Shown: positions 8,319 through 17,408 of the stretch, in pieces
Numbering within the stretch: the stretch's first letter is position 1
How the letters are laid out: every line of letters begins with the position of its first letter
IMG/VR virus record: IMGVR_UViG_3300032257_000028
Location: 1-44,483 of that record
Length of the DNA stretch: 44,483 nucleotides
Strand: one strand, 5' to 3'
Origin: a virus
Lineage: Duplodnaviria; Caudoviricetes
Made by a program: the position numbers and the translations under genes
Notes under the pieces: generated by a model
What the model saw: the letters and a program-made list of their open reading frames with translations, nothing else
The model's database searches: none
What the model was told of the DNA's origin: nothing

Positions 8319-9162
8319 GCCCTGGCGCATCCGGGGCAAGAATGCGCCCTCACCGCGGGGGTACATCTCGCTCGTCCGTCGGTGGTGGCGGGACTATTCG
8401 GCATGGGCGCTTGGAGTGCTCGACGAGCTCGCCGGCGTCCGGACCGACAACCTCGACGACGCGGGAACCGAGCAGCTCACGCTCGAGCTGAAGAACCGCT
8501 CCAAGCAATCGCCATCCGAAGGGGGCCCGCCGGCGCCTCCGTCTGCGGGAGCCATCTCCAGGGCCGGCCTACCAGCAGCCCGCCAAGCCGCTAAGGTGCA
8601 GCGCAAGGTCCTCCGGGATGCAGGCGCCCAGCTCGAGTTGCTCGTCTCGAATCTCAAGATCGCGACCAACGAAGACGGCGAACTCGTTGGTGTTGACCTT
8701 ATCCTCGGAGGCGTTGAGCAGGTGACGCTCGACGACTGGGCGAGAGAGGGCGCAAAGCTGGTGAGGCGTGTTCCTGTTGATCAAGAAATCAAGCTCCTTC
8801 AGGAGGTGTCCGATGCCGTCGCCCAGGGCGGCACCTGGCGCGAGCTCCGTGCCGTGCTCGAGCAGCGCCTCGACATCGGCAAGCGCAACCTCGAGCTGAT
8901 CGCCCGCGACCAGGTAGCGAAGCTCAATGGCAAGATCACCCAGGCCATGCAGACGGCCGCGGGAGTCGACGAGTACACCTGGCGGGCCAACCGAGACGCC
9001 CGTGTCCGTGACAGCCATGCAGATGCCGACGGGAACGTCTACTCGTGGGCTTCCGACGGGGCGCCCGGGGTCGGGTTCTATGGAGAGGCGGCCCATCCTG
9101 GCCAGGCAGGCCAGTGCCGGTGCACCGCTGAACCGCTGGCGCCAACCGCATGGGCGTCCTGA
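8293..9162 (+). CDS. Minor head/head morphogenesis protein (SPP1 gp7 / Mu gpF family)
   Basis: LIARDQVAKLNG, YTW...DARVRDSH, PGQAGQCRC. Confidence 0.9.
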   Translation: MPRRLRPRKPWRIRGKNAPSPRGYISLVRRWWRDYSAWALGVLDELAGVRTDNLDDAGTEQLTLELKNRSKQSPSEGGPPAPPSAGAISRAGLPAARQAAKVQRKVLRDAGAQLELLVSNLKIATNEDGELVGVDLILGGVEQVTLDDWAREGAKLVRRVPVDQEIKLLQEVSDAVAQGGTWRELRAVLEQRLDIGKRNLELIARDQVAKLNGKITQAMQTAAGVDEYTWRANRDARVRDSHADADGNVYSWASDGAPGVGFYGEAAHPGQAGQCRCTAEPLAPTAWAS

Positions 9163-9175
9163 CGCTGCTGCGTGA

Positions 9176-9376
9176 TCAGCCCGCCACGCGTACGGCAGGC
9201 GGCAGCCACGACCCATCAGGCTCCGGGGTGTACCCGTGCTTTTGGAGATGCTGGCTGATCGCATATCCGATTTGATCGGCGAGGCTCCGCCGCTGCTGCA
9301 CAGCGAGGTGAAACAGCGCCTGCCTCTCGCCGACGGAAAGATTTCCAGTGACTCGGATGTTGTCTCGTGCGTTCAT
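9176..9376 (-). CDS. Ribbon-helix-helix (Arc/CopG-like) DNA-binding protein
   Basis: RVTGNL strand followed by helices ERQALFHLAVQQRRSLADQIGYAISQHL; extended -10 TGcTACGAT at 9401-9409 on the - strand. Confidence 0.65.
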   Translation of the reverse strand: MNARDNIRVTGNLSVGERQALFHLAVQQRRSLADQIGYAISQHLQKHGYTPEPDGSWLPPAVRVAG

Positions 9377-9430
9377 GCGGACTTACCCCGTTGTTAGCCG
9401 ATCGTAGCACTTTCACGCGGATCCGGCGAG

Positions 9431-9490
9431 TGATGTAGTCTGATGTAGATTGCATCAATCTGATGTAGTCTGATGTTAGTTGATGTATGT
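9431..9490. repeat. Six 10-bp phased TGATGTAGTC-type units (one inverted)
   Basis: tgatgtagtc tgatgtagat tgcatcaatc tgatgtagtc tgatgttagt tgatgtatgt. Confidence 0.85.
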
Positions 9491-9537
9491 GCGGCCTCCG
9501 CCTTGCGCAGGGCGAAGTCGGCCGCGATGGTTTGGGG

Positions 9538-10632
9538 GTGAATACCACCCGTTCAACCATCCGATGCGATGTTGCAGACACCCCAGTTGCCGATGGCGAG
9601 CTGCGTCTTGATCGTTCTACTCTCCATCCCTCCAAGCGTAGGGACGATGGTTCCTGGGTATACGAGGCGCACCTGGCGTATGTCGGCAGGGAGCTCGTGT
9701 ACGCCCACGGCCGCGAGATAGCCACCAAGGAAGCGCTCTCGGATGCGACCTACCTGGACAGCCTGAAAGGGCTCGCCGTGGTCGCGAGGCATCCCAAGGC
9801 CCGGCGCGTCGACATCACGAAGCCCGGCACCTACCGCGAGGTCGGGACCATCCTCGACGCTCGATGGGACGACGGCTCGGAATCGACCGTAATCGAGATG
9901 GTCGTTCGCGAGGTCGACGCCAACAAGGCCATCCGCGAACTCGGCCAAACCGGGGTGAGCGAGGGGTACGCCGTGACCCTCCTCGACGCCTCGACCAACC
10001 CCGCCCGCCAGCTCGGACGGCGGCCCAACCATGTCGCGCTCACGCTCGACGACCCCCCACGAATGGCCGGCGCCCATGTACGCGTCGACCACCAGGAGCA
10101 CTCCATGGAACTCGCTGCTCTCCTCGCACTTCTGTCGGGCTTTGGTCTTCGGACCGACTCCGCCGAGAAGCTCCACGAGGACCTCGACAAGCTCAAGGCC
10201 GCGAAGAAGACGGCCGAAGACGAGAAGGTTCGGGCCGATGCCGCCGAGGAGCGCGTCGAGAAGTTCGCGCCTCTCCTCGAGCTCCTCGACCTCGACAGCA
10301 CTCGCACCGACGCCGACATCGTGCCCGCTCTCGAGAACGCCATCGCTGCTCGGTCGGTCGAGCTCGCCGAGCTCCGGCTCCGTGCTGACGCCCTCTCCGT
10401 CGAGCTGCCCGCCGAAGCCAAAACCGTCGCCCAGGTCCGGAAGGCGCTCGCGCTGGCTCTGAAGCCTGACGGCGCCGGCGACGACTTCGAGGGGCGCTGC
10501 GACTCCGCGGACTTCTGTTCCGGGCTCATCGCCTCCGCGTCGGCCAGCCGTGCCGACAGCTCCCTCAACCGCGCTCGGTCGAGCGTGACCAGCACCCCCG
10601 TCAACACCCAGCCGCGCATCCCCGCGGTCTGA
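9538..10632 (+). CDS. DUF2213-like prohead protease/scaffold
   Basis: Lies between the gpF-like and capsid genes; GVSEGY, PNHVAL and PRMAG motifs, then a coiled-coil C-terminus. Start GTG 9538 or ATG 9487. Confidence 0.8.
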   Translation: MNTTRSTIRCDVADTPVADGELRLDRSTLHPSKRRDDGSWVYEAHLAYVGRELVYAHGREIATKEALSDATYLDSLKGLAVVARHPKARRVDITKPGTYREVGTILDARWDDGSESTVIEMVVREVDANKAIRELGQTGVSEGYAVTLLDASTNPARQLGRRPNHVALTLDDPPRMAGAHVRVDHQEHSMELAALLALLSGFGLRTDSAEKLHEDLDKLKAAKKTAEDEKVRADAAEERVEKFAPLLELLDLDSTRTDADIVPALENAIAARSVELAELRLRADALSVELPAEAKTVAQVRKALALALKPDGAGDDFEGRCDSADFCSGLIASASASRADSSLNRARSSVTSTPVNTQPRIPAV

Positions 10633-10643
10633 AGGAGTAGACC

Positions 10644-11828
10644 ATGTCCAGTCTCCAGTCTCCCGCCGGTGGTCCGCTTCGGCGCCTGGCCCGCTCCATC
10701 GGCCGCGTTGTCCGCAGCGTGCCCGGTCGTGAGGTCCATCACTCCCGCCTCGACGCCGAGGGCTCCCAGCCCCAGCAGTCGGTAATCACCATCTCGGGCA
10801 ACACCAACGGTGCGTTCACTGTCGAGGTCGCCGACGCCGGCACTCCCGGCACCGGCATCTCCGCCCAGTTCACCTTCACCGCCGCGTCCAGCTCCATCGA
10901 CGACATCGTCACCGGCCTGGCCGCCGCGGCGAACACCGCCATCGCGGATGAGGGCCTCGGCTTCTTGATGGAAGCGGCCGTCGCCGACCTGGCGGCCAAC
11001 ACCGCCACCCTGGACTTCCACCCGGGAGTGGCCGCGACCGTCACCAAGATCGCGGACCCCGCCACCGACATGGCCGTTGCCACCACGGCCGCGACCTCTG
11101 CGCCCACCTACGGCTTCGGCGAAGCTGTCGCGCTGACGGGTCTCGTCTCCGGGCAGCCCAACAACGGGCTCTCGTCTGGGATTCAGCGGCCGGTGATCAC
11201 GAACACCCAGTCGACCCTGACGTACACGGTCAACACGAACTCGAACACCGACACCTCCTCGCTGGACCTCATCCACACCCCCTACGGTGGTGTTCCGGAT
11301 GCTCGCCCTCTGGCGTACACGGCCGGAGCCTCCGCCGCTGCGACCACCGCGGCGATCGCAGCCGCCGCCGGGACCCGCTTCCCGACCGCGACCGTGACCG
11401 ACAACAGCGGCGTCAGCGTCGAAATCGCCTTCTTGGCCGGCGACTCCATCGGCATCGGGGCGCTCACCGAAAGCGGCACGCTCGACGTGTCGGCCGCAGT
11501 CGCTGCCGGCTCACTGCCCACCTTCGAGCTCGTCCGCTCCACCGACGACGTGGTGCAGTTCGGCACCTACCCCGGGACCACCGAGGGGGCATCGGCCCAC
11601 CTGCCCGGAAACGCGGTCCCGACCGCCGGCGCAAGCGGCTCCACCGTCTACGCGGTGGCTGCGACTTCGAGCTCCATCGTCGACGGAGACCTCGTCTACG
11701 TCGGCACCTCGGGCGCCGAGCGCGGACAGCTCTACCGCTCGGCATCGAGCACCCGCGTCCCGTGGCCACAGGCCACCTTCCGGGGGCTCGACCCCAACAA
11801 CTCCAGCGTCGCTCACATCGAGCTTTGA
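10644..11828 (+). CDS. Capsid decoration/cement protein
   Basis: Ala/Thr/Gly-rich, strong RBS, between scaffold and major capsid; C-terminal GDLVYV...G motif. Confidence 0.65.
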   Translation: MSSLQSPAGGPLRRLARSIGRVVRSVPGREVHHSRLDAEGSQPQQSVITISGNTNGAFTVEVADAGTPGTGISAQFTFTAASSSIDDIVTGLAAAANTAIADEGLGFLMEAAVADLAANTATLDFHPGVAATVTKIADPATDMAVATTAATSAPTYGFGEAVALTGLVSGQPNNGLSSGIQRPVITNTQSTLTYTVNTNSNTDTSSLDLIHTPYGGVPDARPLAYTAGASAAATTAAIAAAAGTRFPTATVTDNSGVSVEIAFLAGDSIGIGALTESGTLDVSAAVAAGSLPTFELVRSTDDVVQFGTYPGTTEGASAHLPGNAVPTAGASGSTVYAVAATSSSIVDGDLVYVGTSGAERGQLYRSASSTRVPWPQATFRGLDPNNSSVAHIEL

Positions 11829-11836
11829 GGCCCACC

Positions 11837-13054
11837 ATGACCTTCCAGATCCCCGCTGTCGGTCACGTCAGCATCCTCCCGGAACATGACTTCCAGTCGG
11901 CTGTGCGTCTCGCGTCTCGCGACCTCCGGAATGTGCGCGCCGACTCCCGCGTGTCGTCCATGCCGACCCAGTTCGCCCGGGCGATGATCCGCAACTTCGC
12001 GGACTCCAAGGCTGCCGCGCTGGTCGGAAACGACCGACTCGACGCGGATGTCAGCGACGACGCCAAGCTCGATGTCATCGCGGCCATCGCCCAGGGCCTC
12101 CACCTGGAGAACCGGAACGACACCATCGAGGACCTCGGGCTGCGCAATGACGCCAGCTACCTGTTCCCGGGTGACGGCATCGGCTCGACCTCGAGCATCA
12201 TCCGCCCCGCCGAGAAGAACCGGGCACTGCTCGCCAGCCTCTCCTCTCGTTCCATCCCTGCGAACGAGAAGCTCTTCCAGAATCGCTGGGCTGGCTACGA
12301 GGGCTCTGCCGACGTGTATCGCGAGGGCATGACGAGCTTCCCCCAGGCCGGCGCCAACACCGCCGCGCAGTGGAAGCAGACCACGGTCATCGTGACCACC
12401 ACGCACACCCCGTGGAAGCTCGCCCTCGAAGGCAACCTCGGAGGACTCAACCAGGTCACCGAGGACGCCGAGGCCGCGCGTCGCGTGCTGCTCGACTACC
12501 TGGAGAACGCGCTTGTGCAGGGCATCCCCGGCGTCGCGGACTGGAACGGCGCCAAGGACGTGCCGGCCCCGATCTACGCGTCCACGGTGGACTACTCGAC
12601 CGTGACCAACATGGACACGGTCTACGCCGACCTCATCGCCATGGTGCAGATGGTCGAGACCGCCAATGAGTTCCGCGGACAGGGCCCGAGCTTCATCCTG
12701 ATGGGTACTCGATGGATCCAGCGCGTTCAGCGGCTGTCCAACATGAACGCCGGCGGTGCTTCGCTCGGCGCCCAGCTTCTCGCCATGGCGCTCGAGCAGG
12801 CCGGCGTCACCGGGATCATCAAGGCGCCGTCGCTGACCGGGCAGGGCCCGAATGGCGCGGACGCCAACTACGACATGGCGATCCTGTGGCGGCCCGACCC
12901 CGACGGGCTCCGCTGGATCAACGCAATGAGCCCCTCTCCGGTCCGCACCGTCGAGACCATCGGAGGGAGCACCACCCTGTGGGCCATGGCTGGCGGCGGA
13001 CTGGAGGCCCCTCGGGCTGACTCCGTCGGCATTGCCTACGCCAAGGTCAAGTGA
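11837..13054 (+). CDS. Major capsid protein (DUF2184-like position)
   Basis: ~405 aa, strongly biased codons, position in the head module; AEAARRVLLDYLENALVQG helix. Confidence 0.75.
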   Translation: MTFQIPAVGHVSILPEHDFQSAVRLASRDLRNVRADSRVSSMPTQFARAMIRNFADSKAAALVGNDRLDADVSDDAKLDVIAAIAQGLHLENRNDTIEDLGLRNDASYLFPGDGIGSTSSIIRPAEKNRALLASLSSRSIPANEKLFQNRWAGYEGSADVYREGMTSFPQAGANTAAQWKQTTVIVTTTHTPWKLALEGNLGGLNQVTEDAEAARRVLLDYLENALVQGIPGVADWNGAKDVPAPIYASTVDYSTVTNMDTVYADLIAMVQMVETANEFRGQGPSFILMGTRWIQRVQRLSNMNAGGASLGAQLLAMALEQAGVTGIIKAPSLTGQGPNGADANYDMAILWRPDPDGLRWINAMSPSPVRTVETIGGSTTLWAMAGGGLEAPRADSVGIAYAKVK

Positions 13055-13062
13055 GGTACGCA

Positions 13063-13257
13063 ATGAAGAACGCAACATCCGCCAAGACGGTCAAGGTGTA
13101 CAGCAAGGCGAGAGGGGTCATCATGATCCCGCGCAAGGAGTACACGGGATTCGTGGCCATCGAGCCAGGCATCACCGATGTTCCCGCCGCCGAGTGGACC
13201 GAGGTGAAGGGCCACCCCGTGGTCGAGCAGTTCAACCTCGACTCCTGGGCGGCCTGA
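13063..13257 (+). CDS. Small virion-associated hypothetical protein
   Basis: GAGG RBS; IEPGITDVPAAEW; follows the capsid gene. Confidence 0.65.
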   Translation: MKNATSAKTVKVYSKARGVIMIPRKEYTGFVAIEPGITDVPAAEWTEVKGHPVVEQFNLDSWAA

Positions 13258-13260
13258 TCG

Positions 13261-13659
13261 ATGGCGTCGTCCGATGCCACGATCGTCACTCTCTGCCGGA
13301 CTCTCTACCCGGCCGTGACGACCTCCGTGGCGTCGGATGCCTACCTCATCGCCTGGCTCGATTGGGCGAAGTCCCTCGTGGGCATTCGGGCATGGGGCAG
13401 CAAGTACGACATCGCACTCGCCACCCTGCTCGCCCACGTCGCCTACCGCGACTCTGACGAGCTCGCCGGCGGGGCGACCGGCTCCGGCGGGGCGATGACC
13501 TCGATCCGGACTCTCCAGATGGCCGCGAGCTTCGGCGACCGGTCCGGAGCCGCCCAATCGGAAACCGACGCCGAGCTGCTCACGACGAAGCCCGGTTCGC
13601 GTTTCCTCTCCATGCGCGGCGCACTCGCGGCCGCGAACTTTCCCTCTCCTCTCCCGTAG
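13261..13659 (+). CDS. Head-tail adaptor (DUF4054-like)
   Basis: YP...WG...LLAH...LLTTKPGSRFL pattern and gene order. Confidence 0.7.
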   Translation: MASSDATIVTLCRTLYPAVTTSVASDAYLIAWLDWAKSLVGIRAWGSKYDIALATLLAHVAYRDSDELAGGATGSGGAMTSIRTLQMAASFGDRSGAAQSETDAELLTTKPGSRFLSMRGALAAANFPSPLP

Positions 13660-13669
13660 GTCCTTTCCC

Positions 13670-13885
13670 ATGCCTCCCAAGCCGAAGATCAAGCCAGCAC
13701 CGCCGGTGCTGGTCACTGTCCATTACCGGGGCACCGAGCGGCTCGTCCTCGAGCACGGTGACAAGCGGTGGACGTGGACCCGCGCGAAGTCCACGCAGTT
13801 TATCCTCAAGTCCGTCTGGGATGACATCAAGGTTCGGCCGGTCGTCGCTCGCCAGCTCCTGCTCGGGGAGCTCGTCGAAGCATGA
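13670..13885 (+). CDS. Hypothetical protein
   Basis: 71-aa ORF, ATGA-coupled to the next gene. Confidence 0.6.
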   Translation: MPPKPKIKPAPPVLVTVHYRGTERLVLEHGDKRWTWTRAKSTQFILKSVWDDIKVRPVVARQLLLGELVEA

Positions 13886-14355
13886 GCCTCACCGCCGCCA
13901 TCAAGAACATCTCCAAAATCCACCGCACCCAGGTGACGGTCGGCGTGCAGGGGACTGCCCGCACGACAGCGGATGGGGAGGCTTCTCCGGCGGACCTGGT
14001 GGAGATCGGCTCGACGCTCGAGTTCGGCACCCGAGACGGCCGCATCCAGTCCCGTCCCTGGCTGCGGACCGCGCTGCGGAAGAACGGCGCGAAGTGGTCG
14101 CGGGGCTTCCGGCTCGCTCTCAGTGAGTGGGCCGGTGGCAATGTTTCCGGGGCCATGACCGTGCTCCGCCAGGTCGGCGTCGTTGCCGTCGGCGATGTGC
14201 AGGCCCAACTCCGCGCGGGCCCGTGGGTCACGAACGCGGACTCGACGGTCGAGCGCAAGGGCAGCGATCAGCCACTCGTTGACACGGGCCAACTCGTGCA
14301 GAGCCAGCGCGCCCAGATTGAAGTCCCGGGCAAGGCCCCGCTGGTGGTCGCATGA
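13882..14355 (+). CDS. Neck/tail-completion protein
   Basis: EFGT..IQSRPWLR and NADSTVERKGSDQPLVDTGQL. Confidence 0.8.
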   Translation: MSLTAAIKNISKIHRTQVTVGVQGTARTTADGEASPADLVEIGSTLEFGTRDGRIQSRPWLRTALRKNGAKWSRGFRLALSEWAGGNVSGAMTVLRQVGVVAVGDVQAQLRAGPWVTNADSTVERKGSDQPLVDTGQLVQSQRAQIEVPGKAPLVVA

Positions 14356-14720
14356 TCCCGCTGCTCGCCAAAACCTCGGTCGTCCGCCAGCGTTTCGGTG
14401 TTCCGACGCATGTGGACTTCCGCATGAAGCAGGGGGTATCGACGGACGACTCGGTCGAGATGTCGATCCAGCCGGCCCCAAAGTCGGTGATGGAGCGGTT
14501 GCCCGATGGGCTCTCCTCGCGTGACGTGCTGTTCGGCGTCTCCTACAACACGAGCATCCGGGCTGGTTCGGATTCGGTCGAGCCGGATCGGCTCGTCTAC
14601 AACGGCGTCACCTACCAGGTGCAGCAGGTCGACATCTCGCCTGCCTTCCTCGGTCAGCGCACCCATGCGGTTGTGACCGCGATCGCCGTGCAGGCGCTCT
14701 CGATGCCGGAGCCGGCATGA
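14352..14720 (+). CDS. Head closure protein
   Basis: SIQP...RLPDG...DRLVYNGVTYQV and gene order. Confidence 0.65.
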   Translation: MIPLLAKTSVVRQRFGVPTHVDFRMKQGVSTDDSVEMSIQPAPKSVMERLPDGLSSRDVLFGVSYNTSIRAGSDSVEPDRLVYNGVTYQVQQVDISPAFLGQRTHAVVTAIAVQALSMPEPA

Positions 14721-15268
14721 GCGGGATCACCCAAGAGGCCGCGAAGCAGGCGGTAGCGGTAGCGGTAGCGGCCCTGTCCGGGATGGCGACCACGTCGATC
14801 TTCCTCGACCCGGTCGATGCTGGCCGGGCTGCTGGTGACCATCTGTTGATCACGATGCAGGGCGATGTTCAGGTCGGGTACCTTCGGCGGCCCCCATCCG
14901 CCCGAACCTCGCCCGAGCAGAATCGGCAGATGACGGTCCAGGTCGACGCCTTCGGCGAGTCCACGATCGGGGGCGGGGCCGTCACGGCCCTACATGCGGT
15001 TGCTGCCCAACTGATCAGCGATGTCCCGGCGGCGCTGGCCCTGTACGCCGCGGGCGTCTCCATCCAGAACGTCGGGGCGGTCAACGACATCACGACGCTG
15101 TTCCGCTCTGGACATGAGCCACGAGCAACGCTCACTTTCCGCGCTGGGTACGTCTGGGCTGGCCCGACGGCTGCCGAACCGACCCCTGCCACCTCCATCA
15201 TCGTCGACATCGAAAGCGAGGGCGGGGTCACCGTCGACGCCGACGCTGTCGTGACCGTCACCGTGTGA
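14717..15268 (+). CDS. Tail terminator/neck protein
   Basis: Position before the sheath gene; TVQVDAFG. Confidence 0.55.
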   Translation: MSGITQEAAKQAVAVAVAALSGMATTSIFLDPVDAGRAAGDHLLITMQGDVQVGYLRRPPSARTSPEQNRQMTVQVDAFGESTIGGGAVTALHAVAAQLISDVPAALALYAAGVSIQNVGAVNDITTLFRSGHEPRATLTFRAGYVWAGPTAAEPTPATSIIVDIESEGGVTVDADAVVTVTV

Positions 15269-15275
15269 GGCACAC

Positions 15276-16355
15276 ATGACCGCGATCTTCCTCGACAACT
15301 TCCTCTCTGTGACTGTCTCCCTGATCGGAGCGGTGAACCCAGCTACCGGTCTCGGGGCCCCGCTGTACTTGGCGATCAAGGACTCCGGCGACCTCGACGG
15401 AACGACTTCGTACAGCTCGGCGGCGGATGTCGCAGCAGCGCTCGCCGGCAACGACATCAGCGCCCAGGCTGCCGTGGACTTGACCGCGATGTTCGCGCAA
15501 AGCTCGCCGCCGTCCATCGTCTACGTGGCCACCTACACGGTCGCGACTCCCGAGACTCCATCTGACGCGCTGGACAAGGCGGTTGCCGCCGTCCTGCCGT
15601 TCGGGGTCATCGTCCAGGAGAGCCGTACCGACACCGACAACTCGCTTGTCGGGACTTGGATGTCGACGCGGACATGGAACTACGTTGCGGTACTCCAGAG
15701 CGCGACCGCTGGGCTCATCACCAGCGGAAAGCCGTCCACGCTCTCGGCGGCCGAGGTCGAAAGCGTGGTCATGCTGTACGGCACGGCGACCGAGCCCCTC
15801 GCCGCGGGTTTTGCCGGTCTCATCTCCGGCACCTCCATGCTCAACCAACCGCTCGCGATGCACGCCCGCGTCAAGGGCGTGGCGCTCACGGCGCTCACGA
15901 ATGCCGAGCATACCCTCGCGCTGGCAAACGGCGTCGGGGTCCTCGAGCCGTTGGTCCGCGGATCGGGCTCGACCGAGCGCATCATCTCCGGAACGCTCAC
16001 CTACGGCGACCAGGGCTTCAGTGGCGTCGCCACCCTGGTCTACCTGGTGTCGCGAATCACGTCTGCCATTCAGGCGCTGGTTCTCGCCAAGGCGATCAAA
16101 GTCGAACCCATCTTCGCCACCCAGAACGGCGAAGCCGAGGTCGAGGCCGCAATCGTGCCCATCCTCGCGGAGCTCGCGGCCGCTGGACACTTCACCCCTG
16201 GCCAGGCCGGGACCGCGCCGAATGAGACCTACCTGCCCGAGGGCTGGGGGATCTCCATGAGCTCGCCAGGCTCCACCGTCGTGGCTGCTGTGACCGTGCT
16301 GATCGGCCAGGAAGTCACAACCATCTCCGTGCCCATCACCGCCGAGGTCCAATAA
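15276..16355 (+). CDS. Contractile tail sheath (DUF3383-like)
   Basis: YSSAADVAA...AMFAQSSPPSIVYV; 359 aa; precedes the tube gene. Confidence 0.75.
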   Translation: MTAIFLDNFLSVTVSLIGAVNPATGLGAPLYLAIKDSGDLDGTTSYSSAADVAAALAGNDISAQAAVDLTAMFAQSSPPSIVYVATYTVATPETPSDALDKAVAAVLPFGVIVQESRTDTDNSLVGTWMSTRTWNYVAVLQSATAGLITSGKPSTLSAAEVESVVMLYGTATEPLAAGFAGLISGTSMLNQPLAMHARVKGVALTALTNAEHTLALANGVGVLEPLVRGSGSTERIISGTLTYGDQGFSGVATLVYLVSRITSAIQALVLAKAIKVEPIFATQNGEAEVEAAIVPILAELAAAGHFTPGQAGTAPNETYLPEGWGISMSSPGSTVVAAVTVLIGQEVTTISVPITAEVQ

Positions 16356-16768
16356 TGTCGACCAACAACATCCAGAACTCCTCCCTCGTCCTCGGCGGCC
16401 TCCTGATCCCGTTGAGCGGTGAGGGGACGTTCGCCACGTTCGAGCCCGACCCTCGGTACTCGCACACGCCGAGCCTCTCGGGAAAGAGCGCGGACAACAA
16501 GATGCGCGCGCAAACGGGCGTGCTCACCATCTCGTGCTACGCCCACGACACGGCGAACAAGCTCCTTCGGGGCCTGGTCACGGCAGATGATGCCGTCGGA
16601 GGGCTCGGCACGCTGCCCGGGACCTTCATCAACCCGGCCGGCGAGAAGGTGGTCTGGCCTCGAGGCAAGATCACCCAAGTCGGGAAGGTCGATGCCTCCG
16701 AAGAGGCACAGGTGCTCTCGTACACCGTGACCTGCAACGGGTACATCATCACCCCGCCGGTGCTCTGA
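16355..16768 (+). CDS. Tail tube protein
   Basis: 137 aa, beta-rich, directly after the sheath. Confidence 0.65.
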   Translation: MSTNNIQNSSLVLGGLLIPLSGEGTFATFEPDPRYSHTPSLSGKSADNKMRAQTGVLTISCYAHDTANKLLRGLVTADDAVGGLGTLPGTFINPAGEKVVWPRGKITQVGKVDASEEAQVLSYTVTCNGYIITPPVL

Positions 16769-17157
16769 TGCGCATCGAGGCAGGCAGGGCGGAAACGCCG
16801 AGGATTTATGAAGGGGACTCCCCTGTCGGGAAGGAGGGGATCGATCTCTTCCGCCGGGCCGGGGTCGTGATCTCCGACTGCAAGCTCTTCGAACTCGCGA
16901 CCATGAATCCGGCAGATATCGCTCTGCGGATCTCTGGGCATCCGCGAGCCGAGGAGATGCTCTTCGCGACCTTCGCGGGGTGGACCGTCGACGGGGAGCG
17001 CTTCGACAAAGCCGCGTACTACGCCACCGGCAACGACCCGGAACGCCTCTTTGAGCCGTGGCTCGTGCTTACGGAGGCATGGATGCGCATGGGTTTTTTC
17101 GGCGCTGGCCTCCAGAGGGCCATCGTCCGCGCAGACAAGGAGGAGACCCCCACCTGA
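16768..17157 (+). CDS. Tail assembly chaperone (G-like)
   Basis: Between tube and tape measure; slippery G GGT TTT at 17091-17097. Confidence 0.65.
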   Translation: MRIEAGRAETPRIYEGDSPVGKEGIDLFRRAGVVISDCKLFELATMNPADIALRISGHPRAEEMLFATFAGWTVDGERFDKAAYYATGNDPERLFEPWLVLTEAWMRMGFFGAGLQRAIVRADKEETPT

Positions 17158-17408
17158 GGATGACGGACGCGGAGGTCGAGGGCTTCGTGAGCGCGGGAGG
17201 AGAAGGGCTGATCTGGAGAGTAGGTATGCACAAGGACATTCCAATGTCGATCACCGAGGCGGCTTCCGCCCCGGTAGACGTGCTGCTCCAGGCCGAAGTC
17301 ATGGCTGACCACCTGGACCGCGTCGAAGAGCGACTGCGCGTAAAGCGAATCCACGAAGACGCCCACCGCACGGCGCTGCGGCGGATGAGGGGCGGACATG
17401 GCCGCTGA
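17091..17408 (+). CDS. Tail assembly chaperone, -1 frame extension (T-like); may also start at ATG 17160
   Basis: The -1 frame is open from before the slippery site to 17408. Confidence 0.55.
   Translation, partial: GFFRRWPPEGHRPRRQGGDPHLRMTDAEVEGFVSAGGEGLIWRVGMHKDIPMSITEAASAPVDVLLQAEVMADHLDRVEERLRVKRIHEDAHRTALRRMRGGHGR

Noticed and set aside
9831-13078. Long antisense ORFs (9831-11276, 11813-13078; similar ones at 5483-6664, 15258-16352, 35235-36686)
   Set aside because: Expected shadows of high-GC3 genes; no RBS or recognisable motifs.
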